Of a stretch of DNA of 64,000 bases, positions 9,172 to 17,352 are shown piece after piece (the stretch's first letter is position 1; each line of letters starts with the position of its first letter). This DNA is from a virus. Made by a program: the position numbers and the translations under genes. Under the pieces are notes generated by a model. The model did not search any database. It had not been told where the DNA came from and saw nothing but the letters and a program-made list of their open reading frames with translations. The stretch spans positions 143,261-207,260 of the IMG/VR virus record IMGVR_UViG_3300046692_000091. One strand, written 5' to 3'.

Positions 9172-10554
9172 ATGCTTATTCAGGAAGTGTTAGGGTTATA
9201 CCACAATGCAATAGAGATGCTCAGTTCGGGTGACTCAACAGTCAAAGGTTTCATGACGTTGGGTGTCATGGGTCTGTTGGGTTATTTGGGGCGTACGATA
9301 CCCCAAACAATCTGGGCGTTCATCAAACGTAACACGATTTCATCGATGACTTTCACTCGCGCAGGTTCATATTCCATGGACATGCAGAACTACGTAGAGT
9401 TCATGCGTTGGTTCTCACAATCCAAGTGGGCTAAATATGATCGCAATCGACGTGTAACATTCGATCGGAATGACCCAGCTTTTGGACCAGGTACTGGCTT
9501 CCACTGGTTTGTTTGGAAAGGTCGTTACTTCTGGTTTAATGTTGTCCGTTTGAATTCCTCCGGTACCGATATCGAGAAAGAAGAATTCACACTGTATACA
9601 TTCGGTCGTACCACTAAACCATTCGAAGAACTGGTGGAAGAGTTCCGTATCAAGCCATGCAAGAAATCGATACGTATCTATGCCCCATCGAATGACGGTT
9701 GGAACTATCAGGGGCGACTACGGTTGGACGCTGATGAAACACTGATCATCGATCCAGAAGTAGAGAAAGAGTTCTTTGGTTCTATCGACTGGTATCTGGC
9801 AAACGAACCATGGTACCGTAAACGTGGATTGGCTTATAAACACACTGTCGTGTTGCATGGTCCACCTGGTACCGGTAAGACTTCGTTGATCAAACGTGCA
9901 GCCCGGAAGTACAAGCGGGATATTCACTTCCTGAACTTGGCTACCCATGGTCGTCAGTTGACTGATCTGATGGGTAAGTTGTCGGCTGGTGACATTCTGT
10001 GCATTGAAGACTTTGATGATGTCAAGTCGTTGCACCGTCGCACTGGTCCGAAGAAGATGGAAATCGGTGAACTGGACATCGGTTCCGATAAGAAACCAGA
10101 AGCGTTGTTGATGGACTGCGAGATTCAACTCAGTACCTTCCTCAACGTTCTGCAAGGCGTTGTAGAGCTCGATGATATCATTATCGTGCTGACTACTAAC
10201 CACCTGGAACTGATCGATCCAGCGGTCTACCGTCCGTCCCGTGTGAACAAACTGATCGAAGTGCTACCTCTGAAAGATCCGGAAGTTAAGCGCTATATCG
10301 ACACGATGTATGATAATCCTACTTACGATCGTAATGTAATGTACCCAGACGTTCCAGCTTCTACCCTGGCTGGTATCTTCATGGAGCACCCGAACGATCA
10401 CCTGGCTTTCATTGATAAGCTAGATTCGTTGGACGACAAATACGTCGCGGAGAACTATGCTCTACAACCAGAGCCCCCGCGCCCACCTTCCAAGAAAAAT
10501 AAGGACCCTTCTCCAATAGGAGGACAGGTTCTTGAAACCGTAGAGGCAGCGTAA
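9172..10554 (+). CDS. membrane-anchored AAA+ ATPase, Bcs1-like
   Basis: N-terminal TM helix GFMTLGVMGLLGYLG; Walker A HGPPGTGKTSLIK; Walker B ILCIEDFD; BCS1-like ...IHFLNL. Confidence 0.7.
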   Translation: MLIQEVLGLYHNAIEMLSSGDSTVKGFMTLGVMGLLGYLGRTIPQTIWAFIKRNTISSMTFTRAGSYSMDMQNYVEFMRWFSQSKWAKYDRNRRVTFDRNDPAFGPGTGFHWFVWKGRYFWFNVVRLNSSGTDIEKEEFTLYTFGRTTKPFEELVEEFRIKPCKKSIRIYAPSNDGWNYQGRLRLDADETLIIDPEVEKEFFGSIDWYLANEPWYRKRGLAYKHTVVLHGPPGTGKTSLIKRAARKYKRDIHFLNLATHGRQLTDLMGKLSAGDILCIEDFDDVKSLHRRTGPKKMEIGELDIGSDKKPEALLMDCEIQLSTFLNVLQGVVELDDIIIVLTTNHLELIDPAVYRPSRVNKLIEVLPLKDPEVKRYIDTMYDNPTYDRNVMYPDVPASTLAGIFMEHPNDHLAFIDKLDSLDDKYVAENYALQPEPPRPPSKKNKDPSPIGGQVLETVEAA

Positions 10555-10555
10555 C

Positions 10556-10897
10556 ATGGATAATTTTGCACGTCACAACTTCAACGTCTACCCGGAAGAG
10601 ATGACCTACCACAAAGATCGCTTCTTGCAAAATGATGCTGGTTGTGCGGTAGTTACATTCGTTGGGGCTTTTCATGGCGATACCATTCTGACGAATGAAG
10701 TCGAAGTGATTGCACGTGGTGTGGAACTGGGTAAGATCGCTCGGTTCCTGGTTCGTTCAGGTGATCAGGAAACCCATCTCGACATGGATCTGACAACCTG
10801 CCGTTATGAAGCAGAAAGCAATATCAAAACCAAACTGGGTGACGTCGTACTGGTGTTCACCGCGCACTACCCAACCGAAGAAAAGGAAGCTGCATGA
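10556..10897 (+). CDS. hypothetical protein (113 aa); ends KEAA
   Basis: ORF; stop overlaps next ATG. Confidence 0.5.
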   Translation: MDNFARHNFNVYPEEMTYHKDRFLQNDAGCAVVTFVGAFHGDTILTNEVEVIARGVELGKIARFLVRSGDQETHLDMDLTTCRYEAESNIKTKLGDVVLVFTAHYPTEEKEAA

Positions 10898-11832
10898 TTC
10901 GCGTTCGTTATGGTTACAGTCATAGTTCTTCGACGATGCCTGTTGAAATGAAACACATGCCGGGTGGTGAACTCCACCCAACGCTTGACACGGATCACTT
11001 GAATGCCAGCGAGTACACCATCTACGCCGACACCAAGAGCTCGGATGATCTGTTTGGTATTGCTCTGGTAGCTAACGCTATCCGCCGTAATGCCGAAGTA
11101 CCAATCAAAGCACTCTCTCTGGTAATTGGTTATGTGCCTTATGCACGCCAAGACCGTATTGTTGGTGGTGAAGGTGAGGCACTATCGATCGAAGTGATGG
11201 CCGACTTCATCAACATGCTGAACTTCGATGCAGTGATCATTGCAGATCCCCACAGCGATACAACTCCGGCTTTGATCCGTAATGCTAAGGTCATGTCCCA
11301 GGAAATGATCTTCAGTGAATTCCTGATCCGCGAAACGGCAGACTTCGATACCCGTGAGATTGCTTACGTGCCATCTGAGTACATCCTGGTTTCCCCAGAT
11401 GCTGGTGCGATCAAGAAGACCGAGAAGCTGGCTACTAAGTTCGGCTTTAAAGGTGTAGCGTACGCTAACAAAACACGCAATACCCGTACCGGTAAGATCA
11501 CTGGTTGTACTGTGGACCGATTGGTTTTGGATGGTGAACCAGCAATGATAAGTCAACTACAAGGCGAGAAGCTTTTAGTAGTTGACGATATCTGTGATGG
11601 TGGTTATACATTTATCCAATTGGCCGAAGTGTTGAATACCTACAGCCCAGCTAGTTTGGAACTGTACGTCACTCACGGTATCTTCTCTAAAGGTCTCGAG
11701 CCGTTGTATAAAGCGGGTTACACTCGTGTTGTTACTACCAATGCTTATGGCATGGAAGGTAGCACTGAGCTGTATGCGCTTGAGAAAGAAGAAAAGAAAG
11801 CACTCAAATTCGTAAAAATCGATATTGCCTAA
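10894..11832 (+). CDS. ribose-phosphate pyrophosphokinase family protein (Prs-like; alternatively ADPR pyrophosphokinase Adps of the NARP1 pathway)
   Basis: Prs signatures GYVPYARQDR and PRPP-binding loop LLVVDDICDGGYT; 312 aa. Confidence 0.7.
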   Translation: MIRVRYGYSHSSSTMPVEMKHMPGGELHPTLDTDHLNASEYTIYADTKSSDDLFGIALVANAIRRNAEVPIKALSLVIGYVPYARQDRIVGGEGEALSIEVMADFINMLNFDAVIIADPHSDTTPALIRNAKVMSQEMIFSEFLIRETADFDTREIAYVPSEYILVSPDAGAIKKTEKLATKFGFKGVAYANKTRNTRTGKITGCTVDRLVLDGEPAMISQLQGEKLLVVDDICDGGYTFIQLAEVLNTYSPASLELYVTHGIFSKGLEPLYKAGYTRVVTTNAYGMEGSTELYALEKEEKKALKFVKIDIA

Positions 11833-11841
11833 GGATTCAAA

Positions 11842-13656
11842 ATGTCAATGTTTCTCAACGCTGGTACCGCTACTGACTTCTACAAACCTGGCCACGGTCC
11901 ACTGTATCCAGAAGGCACTACCCGTAAGTACTCCAACTTCACCCCACGCTCGGCGAAGAACTTCCTGCGTTCCAAAAGCTGCTCGGCTTACTATGATAAC
12001 AAAGTAGTAAACTTCGGCCTGTATGGTACCTGGCAAGAACTGGTTGACCTGTGGGATAAAACCTTCTTCCAAGTTTCGAAGAAGAAAGCAATCGCCTTCA
12101 TCAAACGTCGTTTTGATAATGGCACTGGTCCTGATGTTATCACAACTGCTCAAATCGCTGCACTCCACGATGTCGGCTTCCTGCCGGTAACTGTGTTGTC
12201 CATCGAAGAAGGTAACCGTGTCGATATCGGCATTCCTCTGTGGGTTATCTATAACTCCGAAGAATACCCAGAACACTACTGGCTGGTTAACTACCTGGAA
12301 ACCATCACCAGTTCGTACAACTGGCAGTCGATCACCAACGCAACCATCGCCTACGAATATCGTCGTCTGTGCGAGATCTGGGCTGCTAAGACCTGTGATA
12401 ACAATGACCACGTTAAAATCCAAGGTCATGACTTCTCGTTCCGTGGCATGCCTGGTCCAGAAGCTGCTGGTCGTTCTAACGCGGGCCACTTGGCTTCGTT
12501 CTGGGGTACTGATACTATCCCGGCAATCGATTACATCGAACGCCTGTATAACGCCAACTCTGATAAAGAAGTCCTGGGTGTATCGGTTACTGCTACTGAA
12601 CACGCCGTTGCTACTGCGAATATCCTGTCTCGCCTGAAGCACAAGATCCGTGCTCTGCCTGCCGACACTGTTATCTCCGGTGAAATGATCGATCTGCTCA
12701 AACTCGAATGCGAGCGTGAGTACATCCTGGAAATCATCCTGGTAAAAGTGAAGAAGGGTATCATCTCCCTGGTTTGCGATTCCTTCGACTTCTGGAGTGT
12801 TATCGAACACGTACTGCCTTCGCTCCGTAAGGAAATCGAAAGCCGTATCGTGAACGAACTCGGTCTGGCTAAAGTAGTTGTACGTCCTGACTCGGGTAAT
12901 CCGGTACACGTGATCTGTGGTTTCAAAATCATGGGTGAGTTCGCTGACATTGCTGCATTCTCGAAGCATGTCTACGACAACGGTACTTTCGAACTGGGTA
13001 TGTACGAAGCTGTGAAGATTGGTGATGTTTACCATGAACTGCAGAATACTACTTGGACTAGCTGCTCTATCGAAGACTTCCTGGGTCGTGAGATGAAGCG
13101 GGTAGAAGCAATCGGTGCGATCGAATCCCTGTGGGAATCTTTCGGTGGTCACACTAACACCAAAGGCTATAAAGTACTGAACTCGTACATCGGTCTGATC
13201 TATGGTGACTCGATCACTGTTGAACGTACCGAACAGATCTTCCAACGTCTGGCTGATAAAGGCTTCGCTTCGTCGAACGTTGTTCTGGGTATCGGTTCGT
13301 TTACTTATCAGTACAACACTCGTGATACCTTCGGCATGGCCATGAAGGCAACTGCGTGTGAAGTGCAGGATGAACTGATCGAGCTGTACAAAGATCCGAA
13401 GACCGCTGCATCCAAGAAGTCCGCTAAAGGCTTCCTGCGTGTACTGAAAGACGAGAACGGCAAATATACACTCGAACAAGAAGTGGAAATGGATTGGAAA
13501 GATCTGTTCTACGGTTCGGGTGAACTGAAGCCTCTGTTCCACAACGGTAAGTTCCAGCGTGCTGAACATTTCGGTGATGTACGTAGTCGCATTGACTCTA
13601 CTTTCGTAGTAGCTAATGACGATGACGGTTTCGACCCAGTCGAAGAAGCGGCATAA
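11842..13656 (+). CDS. nicotinamide phosphoribosyltransferase family protein (NAMPT/NadV-like, or Namat-like), 604 aa
   Basis: N-terminal GTATDFYKPGH resembles NAMPT DSYKxxH; type II PRTase-like length; ends VEEAA. Confidence 0.65.
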   Translation: MSMFLNAGTATDFYKPGHGPLYPEGTTRKYSNFTPRSAKNFLRSKSCSAYYDNKVVNFGLYGTWQELVDLWDKTFFQVSKKKAIAFIKRRFDNGTGPDVITTAQIAALHDVGFLPVTVLSIEEGNRVDIGIPLWVIYNSEEYPEHYWLVNYLETITSSYNWQSITNATIAYEYRRLCEIWAAKTCDNNDHVKIQGHDFSFRGMPGPEAAGRSNAGHLASFWGTDTIPAIDYIERLYNANSDKEVLGVSVTATEHAVATANILSRLKHKIRALPADTVISGEMIDLLKLECEREYILEIILVKVKKGIISLVCDSFDFWSVIEHVLPSLRKEIESRIVNELGLAKVVVRPDSGNPVHVICGFKIMGEFADIAAFSKHVYDNGTFELGMYEAVKIGDVYHELQNTTWTSCSIEDFLGREMKRVEAIGAIESLWESFGGHTNTKGYKVLNSYIGLIYGDSITVERTEQIFQRLADKGFASSNVVLGIGSFTYQYNTRDTFGMAMKATACEVQDELIELYKDPKTAASKKSAKGFLRVLKDENGKYTLEQEVEMDWKDLFYGSGELKPLFHNGKFQRAEHFGDVRSRIDSTFVVANDDDGFDPVEEAA

Positions 13657-13662
13657 TCGGAC

Positions 13663-13700
13663 GGGGACCTTCGGGTCCCCATCCTATTTTCTTTTTTGTC
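13663..13700 (+). terminator. hairpin + T-rich tract
   Basis: ggggaccttcgggtcccc + atcctattttcttttttg. Confidence 0.6.
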
Positions 13701-13710
13701 GGAGTAAACA

Positions 13711-14325
13711 ATGATCTGCTGTCAAAATTGTAATGTTGATGCTGTTAGTCCTCAGCGTTCAGAAGTAAATGCATCCATCCGCTTTGATGCAACTGATGCC
13801 CCTAATCCAGCATTGATCGGCAAGAATCTCCGCTTGGTTAATGGTACGTTGTTCACTCGTGATGGCGCAATGCCTAAAGGCGGCTTTCGTGTTGAGATGA
13901 TTACTACTGGTGCAAAGCATCGTATCTCGATCTACCGCATGACCTTACCTTTCGATGAGTTGATGCTGATCCTACAATTCGATGAAACGGTTGGTGAAGT
14001 ACAAGTCAGACAGTTCGCAAATGTCGAACCACTGGTACAACTCCATCTGGAGATGACCAAAGAATTCGTGGAAGAAAAACTCTACCAAGAACTAGCACCA
14101 TTGGTATACCGTGTACCTTCACGTGCAGCTATGCTCCAACTCTTCGAGCATCGTAAATTGTCAGGCCGTGTTCTGGAGGCAGCCGAAGTACAAATCCAAA
14201 CCAATAACCGGACAGGTAACTGGCCGATGATGGCAATATTCCATCAGAATCTCCTCGGTGTTGAGACGCGAAATTCTCCTGTTATTAATATTCCTGATTG
14301 GAGAAATAACGCAGCTTGGCAATAA
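13711..14325 (+). CDS. hypothetical protein (204 aa)
   Basis: SD 'ggagtaaacaATG' after terminator. Confidence 0.55.
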   Translation: MICCQNCNVDAVSPQRSEVNASIRFDATDAPNPALIGKNLRLVNGTLFTRDGAMPKGGFRVEMITTGAKHRISIYRMTLPFDELMLILQFDETVGEVQVRQFANVEPLVQLHLEMTKEFVEEKLYQELAPLVYRVPSRAAMLQLFEHRKLSGRVLEAAEVQIQTNNRTGNWPMMAIFHQNLLGVETRNSPVINIPDWRNNAAWQ

Positions 14326-14349
14326 TGTGTAATTAACCGGAGAGCTTTA

Positions 14350-15774
14350 ATGAAAGAATATTTGTCCATGCAGCAAGAAGTACTGGAACGAGGCGTGCCG
14401 AAAGGTGACCGCACTGGTACTGGTACTATTTCTTGCCCTGGTGTTAGTCGTGTATATGACATCAGCGATAATCGGTTGGCTGCAACGTCTACCAAAAAGA
14501 TTCACATCAAGACAGGTCAGGTTGAAGAAGACTGGATGTTGTCAGGTGATACCCGACTGAAGTTCCTGAAAGACAACAACTGCAACATCTGGGACGAATG
14601 GGTTCTGAAAGGTACCGGTATCTATCGTAATCGTACGGTCAAAGAAATGCGTCGAGTTTATACTCGTAACCATTTCGGTTGGTCTAAACCAGTCGTTCTA
14701 GATATCGGTTGTGACCCAGAGAACACAGAAGTCTGGAATAAGGTTGCAGAAACAGAGGACTTCGAAGTCTGGGCATGGGACGTAACTAAAGGCATCGGCA
14801 TTAAACCACATCATGGCATTCGGGATAAGTCCAAGGATAGTCTGAATTGGATGAACTGGCAAAACCCAGAAGATCCTATTTGGCTTCAGTTCTACTCTGC
14901 TCTGGGTATCTCTGATCTGGAAGTAATGGACGGAGAACTCGGTAAGGTATACGGGGCAATGTTCCGTAGTATCGAAGACACCCGTATCGATAGTGGTGGG
15001 GGTGTTAATGAGAAAGAATGGACAGACCGTGGATTCTCTTGGGAAGGTATGTTAGGTGATGGCCGATCGGTGTATACGCGTAAGATCGATCAGGTTGCTA
15101 AACTACTGTATGATCTGGAGCATAACCCAGATTCTCGTCGTTTGATTCTGTGTCCATGGAACCCAGCATATGTAGATGAACAAGCATTGCCTCCTTGCCA
15201 TTCATTCATCCAGTTCTGGACGCGTGAGATGACTTCCGAGCAACGTTACCATGTCTATTGTAAGCAGTATGACCGTGAGCAAAAAGAGTTGCTTGACGAC
15301 ATTGCTAAACGTAGTCGTGCCGACATTTATACTGCGCATGCTCCATATCCGTTGTCATGCTTTGCTGAAGTCGACGACCGTGGTACTTTCTTCGATCATT
15401 ATAAGCTGCATGCTTATCTAGATGAGCTTGATGTTCCACGTCGTGCTTTGACATGCATTGTTTATATGCGGTCTAACGATGTGTTCTTGGGTGCACCGTA
15501 TAACCTCACGTTCTATTCTTCACTAACGCACAAGCTGGCTCACCAGTTTAACATGTACGGTGAGAAACTGGTTCACTTCGTAGGTGATGCACATATCTAC
15601 CAGAACCATTTGGATCAAGTTGCCGAACAACAAGCTCGTACACCTGACCGTGATATGCCTCGACTGAAGATCAATGTTCCGAAAGGTACTTCGATTCTCG
15701 ACATGACGTTCCAAGATCTGGAAGTGATCGGTTATAACCCACAGCCTGCTATTGAAGCACCTGTAGCTGTTTAA
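14350..15774 (+). CDS. thyA: thymidylate synthase ThyA, 474 aa with large insertions
   Basis: DRTGTGT, DPDSRRLILCPWNP, catalytic LPPCHSFIQFW, C-terminal GDAHIYQNHLDQ; three inserted segments relative to ~264-aa ThyA. Confidence 0.85.
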   Translation: MKEYLSMQQEVLERGVPKGDRTGTGTISCPGVSRVYDISDNRLAATSTKKIHIKTGQVEEDWMLSGDTRLKFLKDNNCNIWDEWVLKGTGIYRNRTVKEMRRVYTRNHFGWSKPVVLDIGCDPENTEVWNKVAETEDFEVWAWDVTKGIGIKPHHGIRDKSKDSLNWMNWQNPEDPIWLQFYSALGISDLEVMDGELGKVYGAMFRSIEDTRIDSGGGVNEKEWTDRGFSWEGMLGDGRSVYTRKIDQVAKLLYDLEHNPDSRRLILCPWNPAYVDEQALPPCHSFIQFWTREMTSEQRYHVYCKQYDREQKELLDDIAKRSRADIYTAHAPYPLSCFAEVDDRGTFFDHYKLHAYLDELDVPRRALTCIVYMRSNDVFLGAPYNLTFYSSLTHKLAHQFNMYGEKLVHFVGDAHIYQNHLDQVAEQQARTPDRDMPRLKINVPKGTSILDMTFQDLEVIGYNPQPAIEAPVAV

Positions 15775-15782
15775 CAACATAA

Positions 15783-15808
15783 GGCCTCCCATTGGGGAGG
15801 CTTTTATA
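15783..15808 (+). terminator. hairpin + TTTTATAT
   Basis: ggcctcccattggggaggcttttatat. Confidence 0.55.
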
Positions 15809-15820
15809 TCGGAGTTTCAA

Positions 15821-16078
15821 ATGCAACAGAATATAATTGTAGCAGTAAGCTATCCGGTTGTAAGTAAAGACAGCGTAAAGTTTGTTCATTCAATCAACAA
15901 TGATGAGGGTACGATTACCTTCGTCTCTGTCGATACTCCTGATAAAGCACAACTTTTTGGTGGCGAAGTAGGGGCGGTTGCAGAGTTCTTAAACTACCAT
16001 GTTAAACCTAATCTGGAAAATACATGGAAGTTCAATTCTGTTGACATAAACAAAATCAAACCAGAGGAGGCAGCATGA
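15821..16078 (+). CDS. hypothetical protein (85 aa); ends PEEAA
   Basis: ORF after terminator; gaggaggcagcATGa junction. Confidence 0.5.
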   Translation: MQQNIIVAVSYPVVSKDSVKFVHSINNDEGTITFVSVDTPDKAQLFGGEVGAVAEFLNYHVKPNLENTWKFNSVDINKIKPEEAA

Positions 16079-16590
16079 CCTTTCGCCGTGAACTGAGTAT
16101 TGAAGAACGCTGTGCATTTGCTAACCTGCTGACCGATCAGCGGTTGACTGATATCCCGTCACGTTATACCCCTACAAGCATTCGTTCACTTGGGGTATTT
16201 ACTAAAGATGGCATGACGGTCGAAGCCATGCATGCGCGGCTGGATGAGACAGATGTTCCTCGTTATACTGACAACCCATACCCAGAATTTGAAGTGGGGG
16301 ATTACATTCAATCCAACAATGCCCGGCTGTATGCAATCCAATTGCAAGACAATGGCAGTCTCAAGTATACCCATCATGGCTATATCGAAACTATGTTGGC
16401 CAAGTCATTGCTTGGACACTTGGTAAAAGAAGGCGATAATTTGGTGTATCGTCGTGTGGATGAAGATGAACAAGTACTCTTGACGATTCGTCCAGGTGAC
16501 TTCTTGGTTCGCCGTATGGCAGATATGAAAACCTATGCCTATTGGTTGCCTGCCCGTGATGGGGAAGGCGTAGACACAGTGGAGGAATAA
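16075..16590 (+). CDS. hypothetical protein (171 aa)
   Basis: ATGA overlap. Confidence 0.55.
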   Translation: MTFRRELSIEERCAFANLLTDQRLTDIPSRYTPTSIRSLGVFTKDGMTVEAMHARLDETDVPRYTDNPYPEFEVGDYIQSNNARLYAIQLQDNGSLKYTHHGYIETMLAKSLLGHLVKEGDNLVYRRVDEDEQVLLTIRPGDFLVRRMADMKTYAYWLPARDGEGVDTVEE

Positions 16591-17010
16591 ATGCGTCAAA
16601 TAAAAATCGAGCTATCCAAGAAATCAGAAGGTTTTAAAGAAGCTCTTGAAGCATACATCAAAAAGAATTCAGTCTCAGGAATGCTGGTAGAGTTCGGCAC
16701 CCCTGATCTGACCCCATACAAGGACGCCAAACGTCGTGGGTGGCGGTTACGACAAGTGAACCCAGCGAATGTATGCGCTGTGCTTAAAAGCCCCGTATAC
16801 AACGAATCTGACAATACGTATATCTTTACGGTGCATCCGGATGGTGGACGGCGCGATGTACTGGATGCTTATAATGAAGAGCTCATGATAGGTACCCGAC
16901 TGATGAAAGATAAAGATGGCATGGTAATTGAAATTATGCAAATCGATTTCATCCTGGCCAATAACCACGTTGACGTCGAACATGAAGAAGTAGGGAAAAG
17001 AAAGAAATGA
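16591..17010 (+). CDS. hypothetical protein (139 aa)
   Basis: TAAATG junction. Confidence 0.55.
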   Translation: MRQIKIELSKKSEGFKEALEAYIKKNSVSGMLVEFGTPDLTPYKDAKRRGWRLRQVNPANVCAVLKSPVYNESDNTYIFTVHPDGGRRDVLDAYNEELMIGTRLMKDKDGMVIEIMQIDFILANNHVDVEHEEVGKRKK

Positions 17011-17282
17011 ATACGTTGCTTAAAATCTGTATCATCTTGTGCTTTCAGTTGTATTGGTTGCTGGCCTGGCCATTCATGAAACGTACTCGTTACCTCACCA
17101 CAGCCGGTAAGTTGAACCGTATTCCGAATATGGGTACCGGTTGCAGCGAGATCGTTAAGCTGTTGAATCGGGACTATGGCGCTGAGATGCAGATTGAAGT
17201 AACGGCTAGTCCGCGCTTCCGTTATGATCGTTTCCGCTGGACATTCCGTTTCTGCGATTGCACCATCCGCGTTACCGAATAA
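17007..17282 (+). CDS. hypothetical protein (91 aa)
   Basis: ATGA overlap; hydrophobic N-terminus. Confidence 0.45.
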   Translation: MNTLLKICIILCFQLYWLLAWPFMKRTRYLTTAGKLNRIPNMGTGCSEIVKLLNRDYGAEMQIEVTASPRFRYDRFRWTFRFCDCTIRVTE

Positions 17283-17352
17283 AAATATACCCGTGTTGAT
17301 TATTGATTGCGATGAAGTCTGTCGCTTTCAATATCTCACGAGGTGTATTTCA

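Noticed and set aside
12218-12950. Alternative-frame ORFs inside the NAMPT-like gene
   Set aside because: Internal out-of-frame ORFs; Pro/Ser/Thr-rich translation typical of wrong-frame reads.
11845-13569. 574-aa minus-strand ORF antisense to the NAMPT-like gene
   Set aside because: Shadow ORF of a highly expressed, codon-biased plus gene; no SD and no recognisable motifs; the plus-strand gene has clear family signatures.
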